A stretch of 63,906 bases of DNA, counting the filler, from Octopus bimaculoides (taxonomy: Eukaryota), in the NCBI RefSeq assembly GCF_001194135.2. It is 6 parts of 6 records of this genome, joined end to end, with 100 filler letters (N's around TTAATTAATTAA, not from the genome) between each part and the next. Parts side by side here need not be neighbours in the genome. Positions count along the whole stretch, not along the records: positions 19,405 to 39,324 come from NC_068999.1; 5 more parts are not named here. One strand, given 5' to 3'. The notes below the pieces were generated by a model that saw only the letters and a list, made by a program, of their open reading frames with translations, was not told the DNA's origin and made no database searches. Both the position numbers and the translations under genes were made by a program. This document shows, in pieces, positions 23,760-37,900 of the stretch (position 1 is its first letter; each line of letters starts with the position of its first letter).

Positions 23760-24585
23760 TATAAGTTATATATGATGAGGAAATGTCAATTTGTCAAAAA
23801 AGGCAAAAGAAAATCACTACATCAGATCTAAAAGGCTCTTAAACAAACTGAAAAATCCATTAGATTTGATTTAGTTTTTCTCAAACGAGAAAAACTTCGA
23901 CCAAGATCAAAAAGATAACAGAAGAAATGACAAATGGTTATGTGCAGACCTTTATGAAGTTCCAAGTGTTATGCATGCATAATTTCCTGCAACTTTCATG
24001 GTTTTAGGGGTTGTCAGCAATGAAGGGCATGTGATGCTTCCTTACTTCTTTCCACAAGGCCTTAGAGTTAACTCTGCCGCCTACATTGAGGTCCTGGATA
24101 TATTTGTTAATCCCTGAATAGACAGTTTATGCAATGGAAGGTCATATGTGTTTCAGTAAGACTCTGCACTATCACACATGGCTCTAGTAACACAGGAATG
24201 GTTGGCTGAAAATTTTAATGATCATATAACCCCTAACATTTGGCCTCCTAATTCCCCAGATCTCAATCCATTGGGCTATTACATGTGGAGCATTGTTGAG
24301 AGAGGTCAATGAACGTGCCCATAACACCAAAGATTCTTTGAAAGCTGGCATAATCAGAGAAATGTCCAAAATGAACCAGGACCACTTGATTTAAGCATGT
24401 AGATGATTTAGATCTCATATAGAAGCAGTTGTTGAAGCTGAAGGTGGCTTTATTGAATAACATTATAGAAAAGAAGGTTTATTTTTATCCTCCTAGCATT
24501 TTTTGATAAATAATATTATTATCTGTTATTATATATCTGTTTTTTATAAACATAAATCTGTTCTCAAATATCTTATGTGCCCTGT
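23760..24585 (+). mobile_element. maT / DD37D Tc1-mariner transposon remnant
   Basis: FFSNEKNFDQDQK..MVLGVVSNEGHVM..YVFQ*DSALSH..WPPNSPDLNPL(G)YYMWSIVE..IEAVVEAEGGFIE*; 37 residues between the second and third catalytic positions; ends GTGCCCTG-TA. Confidence 0.85.
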
Positions 24586-24596
24586 ATATATGTATG

Positions 24597-24710
<114 letters not shown>

Positions 24711-24712
24711 CA

Positions 24713-26004
24713 CATGAGAAAGTACCTAAAAGTAACTGGAAACATTCTCTGTGGGAAACCCCGTAGCAGTTCAGGCTTCTGCCACTAGAACCCACTTGGT
24801 GCAACCCTTAGACATCAGTCTGCCAACCAGCATTGTAGCATGAATCTGTACTGCCAAGTGGTGCATCTTTGTTTTGCAGTGCTTCTCCCCTGTTCGTTGA
24901 TTTTTGCAATGACTGAAATGATGGAACAGCATGCTTCTGTGAAATTCTGTTTTCTGCTGGGGAAAACGGCAGTCAAAACAGTTGTCATGTTTCAAACAGC
25001 TTACAAGCACACTACCATGAGCAGAACAGTAGTTTACGAGTGGTTTCACACTTTAGGAATGATCATTTGTTGTTTGAAGATGAACCTCGTTCAGGGTGAC
25101 CTCTCGAATGAATGAAGACATCAGGAAAATTCATGAACTGATCTTGGAAGCCCATCGCTGAGCAACTGACAAACTTTTTGATATGACTGGTGTGTTCTGG
25201 AGCTCCTGCCAACGAATTTTGAGCAAGGAAATGCAAGTGAAAAGAGTTTCAGCAAAATTTGTGCCTTACTTTCTCACAAAAGATCAAAAGCAGTCATGAG
25301 TGAATGCATGTCATGATCTGGAAGAATAGTTGAAAGTTGATCTGGACCTTTTTTTTTTTTTGAAGGTGATCACTGGTGCTACAGCTACGACCAGGAAATG
25401 AAGTAGCAATCAAATCAATGGAAGCATTCAATGTAACCCCACCCCAAAAAACCACATCAAGTGAAGTCCAATGTCAAGATTATGCTGATTTGTTTCATCA
25501 ATGTGAAAGGAATTATCCACACAGAATTTGTTCCTCCTGGTCAAACTGTTAACCAGATGTTTTACTTGGCAGTTCTGAAGCATTTACAAGATGTGGTGAG
25601 ATGAAAACACCTTGACCTCTGGCAGAGTGGAGAATGGTCATATCATGACGACAATGTGCCTGCACACACCGCCTTGAGTGTGAGACAGTTTTTGACCAGA
25701 AATGGCATGACCCTCACTTACCCAACCTCCCTACTCACCCATCTTGCTCCCTGTGATTTTCTTTTGTTCCCCTGAATGGAAAGTCCTTAAAGGAAAACGT
25801 TTTGCAGATGTGGAAGAAGTGAAGAAAAAACGAGGGAAGAATTAAAAGGCATCACTTCACAAGAGTTCCAGGACTGATTCAAACAATGGACCAATGCATT
25901 TCTTGAAATGGAGAATACTTTGAAGGTGGTAAAAGTGTAAACCTGTAAAACTAAGTGGACAAAATAACATTGCAAAATTCTGGTTTCTTTTGGGTACCTC
26001 CTCG
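24713..26004 (+). mobile_element. Full-length (~1.29 kb) decayed mariner (DD34D) with both TIRs
   Basis: MEQHASVKFCFLLGK..VYEWF..EDEPRSG..VSAKFVP..HDDNVPAH..PYSP(D)LAPCDF..GEYFEG. Left CATGAGAAAGTACCTAAAAGTAACTGGAA matches the reverse complement of right TTCTGGTTTCTTTTGGGTACCTCCTCG-TA. Confidence 0.88.
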
Positions 26005-26034
26005 TATATAAATATATGTAGCTGATAGTTTCCA

Positions 26035-27280
26035 CTATCTGGGTGACCAAGTTAGTTGTGGGGGAGGGTGCGCAGAAAGTGTAGCTGCTAGAATAAGAAT
26101 AGCTTGGGCAAAGTTCAGAGAGCTCTTACCTCTGCTGGCGACAAAGGGCCTCTCATTCAGAGTAAAATGCAGACTGTATGACGCATGTGTACGAACAGCC
26201 ATGCTACATGGCAGTGAAACATGGGCTGTGGCTGCTGAGGACATGTGTAAGCTCGCAAGGAATGAAGCCAGTATGCTCCGATGGATGAGTAATGTCAGTG
26301 TGCATACCCGACAGAGTGTAAGTATCTTGAGAGAAAAGTTGAACCTAAGACGCATCAGTTGTGGTGTGCAAGAGAGCCAATTGCACTGGTATGGTCATGT
26401 GGTGAGAATGGATGAGGATAGCTGTGTGAAAAAGTGCCACACCCTAGCGGTTGAGGGAACCCTTGGAAGAGGCAGGTCCAGGAAGACCTGGGATGAGGTG
26501 GTGAAGCATGATCCCCGAACATTAGGCCTCACCGAGACAATGACTTGTGACCAAGACCTTTGGAAATATGCTGTATGTGAGAAGACCCGGCAAGAGAAGT
26601 GAGACCAAAATCCAAGGCCTCTGCCAGGGATGTAGCCAGCCCACTTATGCGTACCATTCCTTCATTGGACACTAAACTCCGCTTGCGAAGACCTGTTGAG
26701 GCATGTGAAATCGAAATCGAACTAAATTCGATGACTGGCACCCATACCAACATCTCTTTCATTGAACGCTAAACTCGGCTTGCGAAGACCTGTTGGGGCA
26801 AGCGAAAACGAAATCATGATGGCACCTGTACCAGTGGAGCACTAAGAGCACTGTCCGAGTGTGATCGTTGCCAGAACACCAGCTGTCTGTTTTCCGTGCC
26901 GGTGGCACATAAATAGCACCATTTGATCGTGATCGTTATGAACCTCGCCTTCCTGGCACTTGTGCCGGTGGCATGTGAAAAGACATTCAAGCAAGATCGT
27001 TGCCAGTGCCACTGGACTGGCTCCTGTGGAGGTGACACGTAAAATACACCATTTCGAGCATGGCCATTGCCAGTACCGCCTGACTGGCCTTCGTGCCGGT
27101 GGCATGTAAAAGCACCCACTACACTCTTGGAATGGTTGCCTTTGGGAAGGGCATCCAGCTGTAGAAACTGCTAAATCAGATTGGAGCCTGGTGTAGCCAC
27201 CTGGTTCACCAGTCCTCAGTCAAATCGTCCAACCCATGCTAGCATGGAAAGCGGACATTAAACGATGATGATGATGATGA
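26035..27280 (+). mobile_element. RTE-clade LINE 3' fragment with complete ~650-nt 3' UTR
   Basis: ARIRIAWAKFRELLPLL..MLHGSETWAVAAEDMCKLARNE..WYGHVVRMDED..RGRSRKTW; 3' UTR with internal subrepeats; (GAT)n tail. Confidence 0.92.
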
Positions 27281-27334
27281 CATACACACACACACGCAGG
27301 CACACACACACACATGTATATGTGTGTGTGTGTG

Positions 27335-27510
27335 TTTATGTCCCGTAACTTACTGATTTGGTAAAAGCGACCAACAGAATAAATAACAGGCTTTATAAAA
27401 TAAGTACTGGGGTCAATTCATTTGACTAAAATTCTTCAAGGTGGTGCTATGCCCCAGCATGGCTGCAGTCTAATATCTGAAACAAGTAAAAGAGACTAAA
27501 AGATAAAAGA
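27335..27510 (+). mobile_element. SINE family A 3' tail
   Basis: GTGTTTATGTCCC..AAGTACTGGGGTC..CCCCAGCATGGCTGCAGTC..GAAACAAGTAAAAG. Confidence 0.7.
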
Positions 27511-29369
27511 TGACAACAGAGAAGGTTGATTGAATACTGACCTGATTAAATATACATAGGATTCCTTTGATGTGTTTAGGACAATGGGAAATGAAATGAT
27601 CCACTGAATGTGTCAATCATTCATCTTTTGATAGAGACATTTGAAAGTGACAAAAATATAAGGATACAACCAAACAGTTTGTTCTTGAATTTCTTGGAGA
27701 ACCAGATGAAGTTTATTCCAGCTTGACCTTTCTTCCACAATCTATGTCACCATAGAATAATTGTGATATCTCCATGAAGACATATGAGACCATGGAATGG
27801 TCACAGATATACAAAAACAGCATTTCTCAGTTGGGATTTCTAAGTACCCTTGGGTTCTGTGAGAAATGGTGGTAAATAAGCTAATTATATGCAAAAGCAA
27901 TTTTGTGTTATTATACAGGCATGGCATATTCCCTGAGGCAGGGAAATCTAAGGATCTGTAGGTAGTATGGAAACCCAAGAGGAAATATGACCTCTTACTA
28001 AAGAATTGTAGGGGGATTTGGTCTAAGTGAGTTTTTGGTTAAGACTCAATTTTTAAAATTCTTTTTGTGGCATCTGATGGACTTGGCACTGCTAGATTTT
28101 TCAAAGACAGTTCTAATATTTATTTAATCTCTTATGAATTTTAATTTTATGAAAGAAAAAGAAAAAGATGATAAAGATGTATAATTATTGTTATGTAGGG
28201 GTTCCTTGAGATATGGAATGTAAGAGTGAAAAAAGATGGGTAACATTGTGCTAAATGGTTGAGTTAAAATATTATTTTAAATCACAACACTAAGTCTGGA
28301 GTGGCACTTTCTCAGATATCATTTACTAAAACATGGTCATCTCAAGGGTGGTACTCATGTTGCACAAGCATATTTCATTATAATGATGTTCAGATGTCTC
28401 TTTATGGTGACCTCATTTGTCATCCCATCTACTGAAAGTTCTATAGTGATGGAAGAGTGGCAACAAGTGCAGATCTAATCAGCTGGATGTGCACAATAAG
28501 TTACAACTTTCGCCTGTCACCTGTTCTTCAAACCATGCAGATCTGCAACAGGACCAAATTATCATCAGAGAGGTTATGGATTGAAAGTCAGAAATGCCCT
28601 TGACAATGAAGAAGTACAAGGAGACCATTTGTACAAGTATGTGTCTGTGAGTGTATCTGTAAAGCTGGGCTACTGGAAAAGAAAGAAAAACAAGAATTGC
28701 TGTTATGTCCCTGTAACTGTCATTAGAAAGAGTTTCATGTTTTGTCTGTGGCTGATGATATGGGATTTGTATCAAGCTGTTCAGGAACAGTAATACACAG
28801 AAACCTAGATACATAACACCATGACCAAACACACACAGTACTGTAACACAACCCACACAACACCATAAACCGTCACAGACAGCAGCATAAACCAATGCAC
28901 ACTGCTATAATTCAATTCACATAGTACCACAAGCTGACCCACATAAACACGATAATCAATTTTTAAAAAATATATAAATATAGTTGCTTACTTTGGATTC
29001 TAGTTTTTGGTTTCCTTATTGGGTAAAAATTCAAAAGTGAAGAAACCATATTAAAAAGATATCTCATGCTGCAGTATCAAACTTGGTGCCACGTTCAGCA
29101 ATCACAAACTGTATGATGGCTTCATATTTTACGGAGTCTAGAAATAGGATTAAATTTTCTGCATTGGTTGGTCTTTGTCAAACTGGAAAATTAAAAGAAC
29201 ATGAAAGAATCGTAACTATAATCTTAGCTGGATTTCAGCAAAATATTACAACTATAGAATATTGGGACTTTGGAATATTGGCGCTAGAAAATATTCTTGC
29301 AACAAAACACTAGTACTATGGAATATTAGTACTATAGAATATTGGTACCTATAAAATACTGATGGTTGG

Positions 29370-29595
29370 TGCTATGTAAAAACACTTGTGCTGGTAGCAT
29401 GTAAAAGGCACCCACTACACTCTATAAAATGGTTGGAATTAGGATGGGCATCCAACCATAGAAACCATGCTAAAACAGACGATTGGTGACTGGACAGCTC
29501 TCTGCTGGCCAGTCAAACAATATAACCCATACCGGCGTGGAAAACGGATGTCAAATGATGATTATGATGATGATGATGATGATGATGATGATGTT
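29370..29595 (+). mobile_element. Decayed RTE 3' UTR fragment
   Basis: GTAAAAGGCACCCACTACACTCT..GGGCATCCAACCATAGAAACC..CGTGGAAAACGGATGTCAAATG followed by (GAT)n. Confidence 0.65.
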
Positions 29596-31275
29596 ACAGC
29601 ATAGCAATTTTACTGAATCTTAGTAAAACAAATTATTTGCACTACAATTTGATAACAGCTTTTTGTTGAAATGTATACACACACACACACACAACCATAT
29701 AAATTTATACAAATAACAGGCACAGACATTAGTATAAATATAAAAATCCTTCTAACATATGAAAAATGTTCAAAACACTTGGCAATCAATTATTTCAAAG
29801 TCAACAAATTTTGCCTCCTTCAGGGCATGTGAAGAAAGAATTTTTCTTTATGGAGCCAAGATCTAGACAATGAAGGAGATTCAAGCTCACCTCTATCAGG
29901 CTTCTTATGGGGGATCAAAATATCTATTGATATGAGCAGAAAACCAATGTTCGATAGGCTTTGTTGGCCTTTCAAATGTTTGATGGGCTTTGTCGGCCAC
30001 TGCTATTATGCTAAACAACAGATCATATCAGATGTATTTCTGGTGACTTATGCATTCTAATAGTGGATGGAGACCACTTAACTACACTGCAGTTATTGAT
30101 AGAGACACAACATGATATTGAGAACTTACTAAACCTAATGGGGAATAGAAATTCCTGGTGCAGCATTGTGAGATGCCTCTCAGTCACATCTCACAACGCT
30201 CATTTCTTAAAGAAGAAGGATATATAGTATGTGGTATAAAGTAATCTATAACATATATTTGGGAATATATAGTATCTAGTAAATAGTAATATATATGTGT
30301 GTNNNNNNNNNNNNNNNNNNNNNNNNNNNNNNNNNNNNNNNNNNNNNNNNNNNNNNNNNNNNNNNNNNNNNNNNNNNNNNNNNNNNNNNNNNNNNNNNNN
30401 NNNNNNNNNNNNNNNNNNNNNNNNNNNNNNNNNNNNNNNNNNNNNNNNNNNNNNNNNNNNNNNNNNNNNNNNNNNNNNNNNNNNNNNNNNNNNNNNNNNN
30501 NNNNNNNNNNNNNNNNNNNNNNNNNNNNNNNNNNNNNNNNNNNNNNNNNNNNNNNNNNNNNNNNNNNNNNNNNNNNNNNNNNNNNNNNNNNNNNNNNNNN
30601 GGTATTTGAGTACTCTTTTTTCCACCTTGTTGCACATTTTATGTGCTTACTCCGGTATATAGCAAATGATATATATTTGTGTAATAGATTGAACCAACTT
30701 TCATTCATGCTGCTAAAATCACACAAGAGATATGGAATTACTATGAAAGTGCTAAAATTCTTAAAATGGAATTAGCAGGAATCTGGAGCAATTTCATATA
30801 GCTATTCTACTTGAATGTGAGGTTGTGATAATGAAAACTGAAGTTTTAAAGAAGGGAAGTGAAATGTTTCACAGAAAATCATATAAGTATTATAATATAA
30901 ATGGAATCTCCTGTAAATGTCTTTATTCATAAGATAACTTTCATAAATTGTGGTGAGAGAAGATAGAATAAGATAGGAGAAAAAGAGAGGTGAAAAGAGA
31001 GTGAGAAAGAGAGAAAGAAGTAGATAAGAGAGAAAGTATTCTAGATAAATAAAGAAAATCAGTTTTCGATTAATCAAAAGATCATTATTTCAAATTCCTC
31101 TGTTGGTGTTTTCTGCTAAAGACGACAAAATTAGAAAAATAGCTTTGGAATACACTTCACATCTCAATGCTGCACACAATGGCCACAACTAGAATGGCGC
31201 TTCAGTTTTGATCAGTAACAAATCTCAATGGAAAATTGTTTGTTGTTCTTCAGCATGCATTTAGAATGTATGCAT

Positions 31276-31338
<63 letters not shown>

Positions 31339-31427
31339 CACACGTGCATATGTGTGTACATACACACATGCATATTTATATATATGGACACACACACACA
31401 CACCCACACACATACATACATACATAT

Positions 31428-32717
31428 ATTACATGGAAAAATATGAGCAAGAAAATTAATATTCTTAAGATTATAAACCTGGAAAATTACAGGACAAGTT
31501 ATTACACTTGGGAAAGTTCAGGACAACTTATTACATCTGGTAAAGTACAGAACAAGAAAATTTTTACTTAAAATATTGCAGCAGGAGTGGCTGTGTGGTA
31601 AGTAGCTTGCTTACCAACCACATGGTTCCGGGTTCAGTCCCACTGCGTGGCATCTTAGGCAAATGTCTTCTACTCTAGCCTCAGGCTGACCAAAGCCTTG
31701 TGAGTGGATTTGGTAGATGGAAACTGAAAGAAGCCCGTCGTATATATGTATATATATGTGTGTGTATGTTTGTGTGTCTGTGTTTGTCCCCCTAGCATTG
31801 CTTGACAACCGATGCTGGTGAGTTTATGTCCCCGTCACTTAGTGGTTCGGCAAAAGAGACCGATAGAATAAGTACTAGGCTTACAAAGAATAAGTCCTGG
31901 GGTCGATTTGCTCGATTAAAGGGGGTGCTGCAGCAAGGCTGCAGTCAAAGGACTGAAATAAGTAAAAGAGTAAAAGAGAGTAAATAGCTAAGGATAAAAT
32001 TACAAATAAAATATTTAGATTTAGAAAATATTAGCTTTTATTAAAACTAAAAATTTTATTACAAGTTATTATTTCTATTTGTTATTACTTGTTACTTCTA
32101 TTAAAAATTAAAATTAACTTAACATATTTTTTGCACTTTAAAAAGATTCATTTTTTAAATTACTAATTAATAATTAGAAATTTGAAGATAGGTTATAAAA
32201 AATAATAGTATTACATAATTAGTACAATAAATAGAATAATACAAAAATTACTTATATATTACAGTAAAATCTACCTTTAACAACAAATTCACAGTAAAAT
32301 TGCTTGAGTTATTGCTTAAATTATTGCCAAGTCTTCACATTTTTAGTCTTGACCCAATGTCTATTTTTTGTATAATGAATTTACCTATCATATATACTAC
32401 TCTACTTTGCATAAAACTTTAGCTATATTTGTACTTCTGGCTCTCATTTTTTAAGTGTTCTAGTGTGTTAATATTTTAACAAAATGATTGCACCTTTTTT
32501 AATTATGATGTTACTTTATAAATTAAAATCAAATAATTTTTAGTATTCAAATTTTATCTTTAGCTGCAATATTTTAAGTAAAAATTTTCTTGTTCTGTAC
32601 TTTATCAGATGTAATAAGCTGTCCTGAACTTTTCCAAGTGTAATAACTTGTCCTGTAATTTTCCAGGTTTATAATCTTAAGAATATTATTTCCCTAGCTC
32701 GCATTTTTCCATGTAAT
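31428..32717. mobile_element. Foldback/MITE-type element with long subrepeated inverted arms, left arm interrupted by a SINE
   Basis: 31428-31582 is the reverse complement of 32563-32717. The arms contain ~30-bp subrepeats (GGAAAATTACAGGACAAGTTATTACACTTG). Pairing resumes weakly after the SINE at ~31985. Confidence 0.85.
31581..31980 (+). mobile_element. Full-length SINE family A (~400 bp)
   Basis: GCAGGAGTGGCTGTGTGGTAAG..GGTTCAGTCCC..CORE-like block..internal TG microsatellite..tail ending GTAAAAGAGTAAAAGAG. Confidence 0.92.
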
Positions 32718-35379
32718 CTATGATTTTTCCAGGCTATGCTATTTTGCTAATTAATAATGTGTCAAATGTATCAATTAGCAGTGTCGTTGATAATTTTTTC
32801 CTTTACCTCAATGACGCCGATGACATATATTAAAAGTCCCCTTATAGAACCATATTCATAAAAAGTATAGAACTATATTATCACCCTCAAATTTGAGAAA
32901 CAAACACCCATAACTTTTTCTTTTAAAAAACTTCATTGCATGAAATTCCTCAAATTGAGCTCTATCATTTAAGTTTAGTTAAAATATAGTTTGTTTTTAA
33001 AATATAAAAGTTAATTATACATAAATCCAATTTTTTGCCTCACTTATATANNNNNNNNNNNNNNNNNNNNNNNNNNNNNNNNNNNNNNNNNNNNNNNNNN
33101 NNNNNNNNNNNNNNNNNNNNNNNNNNNNNNNNNNNNNNNNNNNNNNNNNNNNNNNNNNNNNNNNNNNNNNNNNNNNNNNNNNNNNNNNNNNNNNNNNNNN
33201 NNNNNNNNNNNNNNNNNNNNNNNNNNNNNNNNNNNNNNNNNNNNNNNNNNNNNNNNNNNNNNNNNNNNNNNNNNNNNNNNNNNNNNNNNNNNNNNNNNNN
33301 NNNNNNNNNNNNNNNNNNNNNNNNNNNNNNNNNNNNNNNNNNNNNNNNNNNNNNNNNNNNNNNNNNNNNNNNNNNNNNNNNNNNNNNNNNNNNNNNNNNN
33401 NNNNNNNNNNNNNNNNNNNNNNNNNNNNNNNNNNNNNNNNNNNNNNNNNNNNNNNNNNNNNNNNNNNNNNNNNNNNNNNNNNNNNNTATATATATATATA
33501 TATATACCTGTATACATACACCTGTATATATATATCTGTATACATACACATATATATACTTACACATATACACTCATGCATATCATCATTATTATACACA
33601 TACACACTCATGCATCATATTATTATCATGTTTACATTCACTTTTCATACAAGCCAGAGTTGGATGGGTCATTATGGTCCAAGTCAACTTTTATTGGGAG
33701 TTGCTGTGGTACCAGTATAGGAGGAATGGTTCCTTGTACACATAAAAATTTAGAGAGTACTCTGAACTAAAGAAATATGGACCAGGGAGAGCAAATATGT
33801 GAGAGTCATCAAGTCCCAGAAGGATGAAAGGTAATATTGACCCAACAGTATTTGGAATCAGAATGTAAAGAATTGGAAGAAATATAACAAGGCATTTTCT
33901 TTGATGTTTGTCTCCCTAATATGTCATTATTAGAAATAGGATACATTGGATAATACAGCCCTCGATAGACTGTGACCAATAAAACATAGAACAGTCTTGA
34001 CTGGAATATTTTTAGATTGTAAATCTGATTTTCAGGGCTGACCTAGGGCTAAGAAACAACAACAGCAGCAGCTATAAGTCAGAGATATCTTTGATTTACA
34101 TTTGACAAGCTGTAAATTATGGTGGTTTCCCTTCCTTCCTACCATTATTCAGCTCCCCTGCATTTGTCTGTAATAGATGGAAGCAGATAAATATCATTAG
34201 TAATAGTTGTAGCAACAAGCAAAGGGAAACTGATATAGATTGACAAGTTAGCAATTGGATTAATGGATATATCTCCTTAATGAACCAATTACGGCAGTAG
34301 ACCAATTAGGTAGAAATTATTAAAGAACATAAGTCAGTTCAGATTCTATGAACAGAGCTACAAAGAAGGAAGGAGCTTTTGTTGGTTGAAATTTAGGAAT
34401 AATTGTCAAAGTCATATTTTAAAACCTGTTTATGAGAAATGCCATTTGAAGTAAAATTATAAAAATAAAAGTCTTGTCTGATAATTTTTATTTTACCAGT
34501 TCTTGTTACGCTAATGAAAAATGTTTAGTGCCAAATCTTGTAAAAATCTAATGGTGTTTTTTTCTGTAAGACAGAAAAGCACACAAACATTAGAGGTTGA
34601 GGCATGTGAATTCTTCTTTTCTACATTATTACATCAAACGAATAAACAGTTTGATCAACTTCCAAACAATACTTCACAGATTTATCTTTCTGTCAGGTTT
34701 CAAGGTTATTTCACATAAACTAGTTCACACATCTATGAAATTTTCTGATGTTGAAAATGTCTTACATAAGTGTAGACATCAATGGTCGATTAACAAGTTT
34801 GTTTCACAGCCATGTAGCTCTAGGTTCAAGACCAGACCAGTGTGTGTGATCCTGAGTAACTGCCTCTACTATAACCTTGGGTTGATTAACACTTTGTAAG
34901 CAAAATCTGGGAGATAGAAACACTGCTGTGAGTGTGAGTGTATGATCAACCTCATTTTACATTTGCTTTTACATAGGCTATCATTAAGTAACAGTCCTTC
35001 TGATGAGTGTGAGTAGAAGACCAACCCCTTTCATGGTATAAGTTATTGATGATATTGGTGAATGTATAAAAAAAAAATAAAACTTTGTATTGGAATATCA
35101 ATACCTTCCTGTAGTTTGCCTCTGTTACAATGAAGGAACACCTGTAAGATATTTGCAAAGCATGCAGTAATGAAATAATCCATTGTAATTAACCCAGGTA
35201 GGTAACAACACTAGAAGAAGAAAAACAGTTTAAACTGTAGATAGAACTATTAAATTCCATTATAAAGTGTAAAAGGAATTATGTGTTCACAACACACCAA
35301 CAAACACTTCCTAAGAAGACTAACAAAAATGTATGAAAATTCTACTCTAAATAATGAAGGAAAACTAATAACCCTAAAA

Positions 35380-37900
35380 TATGAACTCAGAAAGAAATGA
35401 AAGAAAAACATTGTTTCCTGAAAAAAATCAAGTATTACAACAAACCAATATAAACCACAAGTTTATTTTTAACCTACAAGCTGCAAATGGAGGAAAAAAT
35501 ACCATAATGAAAAGAAGATATAAAAGAAGATATATATCTCAAGAAGAAATAAAAACCACTCTGGTCTAAGATTTGGAATGAAAATAATTATTTTAATGAG
35601 AATGCAACATGACTAGAGACAATAAATCGACAATACTACACCAACATTAACAGTAGAGCTTATGCAATCAGCACTGAAACTTTCATCAATGCAAAAAAAA
35701 ATATAAATAATAGGAAGACACTATGAAGAGGCCTCGTAGTTGACTACTGATATGAAATGTTGACATTTTATATAGAAAACCACTTAGACAGTGCTTCAAA
35801 AAGCTATGGAAAGCCAGATAGACATACTAAATTGGCTTGTCATAGAACAAGCCAACCTTTAAGCCAAGAATGAAAATACTACTTTGGCAGATAACTATGG
35901 GATTACAACCTATCTTAACATTATATATAAGCCGTACACTAGCTGCCTGAACCAAATCCTCCAAGATCATTGCAAGTCTAATGATGTAGATAATGACATG
36001 CAGGCTGATGTAAAGAAACATGTGTCAGACAACTTTTGGTAAAGTTGTTTGGCACAATAACTGAAGAAAAGAAAGCTACAGAAAGCTTGTGACAATATGA
36101 CTTGATGAAAAGTGTTTGATTCATTTCCCATTCATAGCTACTGAAATCATTATAGCTGGCAAATGTACCTACTGTCTTAGTTGCTGCTATCAAAAGGCTC
36201 ATAAAAACCAGGTCCACAATCCCCACACTTGTAATTTAAAGTGGAACAATTGTTTCTGATGTTATAAATATTTCAATAAGAATATTCCAAAGTGACAGTA
36301 TATTTGTGCTTCTATGTATTTTGGTTATAAATCCACTGCTATTTCTTCAATGAAAATCAACTGACAATGTTCTTGGGACTATGACAGCAAGAAACACTAA
36401 TATTCATAATTTTTTTATGGACGATCTAAAGTTCAATGCATAAAATATTCACATTGAAAAACAATTAGATTTAATCACATTTTTTTTTATGTAGGGGTAG
36501 AGTTTTGTCAAAAGAATGTTCATATCTAATAAGTGAAAGTGGGAAAACTGTTCATCAAACCCCAAATCTTTGTGTCAATGGTCTTCCTGTCTACCCATTT
36601 CCACAAAAAGAGTGCTGCAATTACCTTGAAATGTATTAATGAAAATATACCATACAAAGGTATTGTGAACACAAACACAAGAAAGAAAAGATATTACACC
36701 AAACTTAAAAGGATTATTAGTAGTCAGAGCTTCCCTCTTACAACAAGACAATATCTCACAATACATTTGTAGTACCTTTGCTGGTACCAACATTTGGGAA
36801 CCTTGACTGGTCTATAAAGTAAATTCACTTTATAGCTATTAAAACTTTCAAGATCTTGGCATTGACTTCAAATTCTACAGAAACAATGATACAGACAGAC
36901 TATATCTCAAGAAAAGGTAAGAGTGGCTTCCAATCAGCACAGACATCTTTTGAGTGCTGTATGATAATACTCTGACAGCACCTGCTAAATAATGGCAACA
37001 AAAATAATTAAGTGCATGTTAACCAAATACTTGAAAATGAAGTGAATAACATCCTGCAAGCTGGTAGTGAATTCCACACGAAACATTCACTTCCTGATGA
37101 CTTCCTCATATGAACCAAAAGTGTAGGATTCACATATCCTGGGAGACATCCTACATACCAAACAAATGTTATGTATGGATTCATCTCCTGTTAAACATGA
37201 AGAATATGATAATATTTTTTCTTTATTGCTCACAGGGGCTAAACATAGAAGGAACAAACAAGGACATACAAAGGGATTAAGTTGATTACATCAACCCCAG
37301 TGCATAACTGGCACTTATTTAATCAACCCTGAAAGGATGAAAGGCAAAGTTGACCTCAGTGGAATTTGAACTCAGAATATAATGGCAGATGAAATACCAC
37401 TAAGCATTTCACCTGGCGTGCTAACGATTCTGCCAGCTTGCTGCCCTATTATGATAATATTAACATGAAGTATAGCCTCTCATGGACTTGTGACTGTTAC
37501 ATCACATTCTATGCAAGAACAGAACATAACTACAAAGTATCTTATGAACAAATGAGACAGCAAAATTTTTAAGATTCCAAGATGAAGCCACTAATATCAA
37601 CTACACCAATCTAATGTGAAGGACATAACACATGTAATCAGCTGTTGCCCAAAAGCATCACTAAGGTGCCACATCCCACTCTGTAACATAATGTTAACTT
37701 AATATATAATGTCAGCAACAGGCAAAAACTGTACTGGAATAAATATAAACAACACCTCTGTTATTGAATACATACATATCAACACAAGGAATATTGGTGG
37801 AACATTTCCATCAAAGCTGCTACTGAATGCCTGTAGCTCCTCTACTATGATTATAAATGTACATTTTATGCCAATACTCATTGGTGCACTTGGTTAATGT
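35380..37900 (+). mobile_element. Heavily decayed R4/Dong-like LINE (RT region through RLE end)
   Basis: Degenerate RT motifs DLMKSV*FISHS*LLKSL*LANVP (D..KAFDSV.H.W), FFMDDLKF (YMDD, ~36413), KRYYTKLKRII.., and terminal MPILIGALG at ~37870. Interrupted by a SINE B copy. Confidence 0.55.
37230..37445 (-). mobile_element. SINE family B with CpG decay
   Basis: Family B sequence in which most CpGs seen in the 13490-13706 copy are TG/CA. Confidence 0.85.

Noticed and set aside
28990-29200. Minus-strand segment with a strong acceptor (ttttccAG) and donor (GTAAGC)
   Set aside because: All three frames contain stops between the sites; no supportable coding exon.
30640-30830. Possible exon ending at a minus-strand GTAAGC donor
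   Set aside because: Short open frame, no recognisable protein, ambiguous acceptor.
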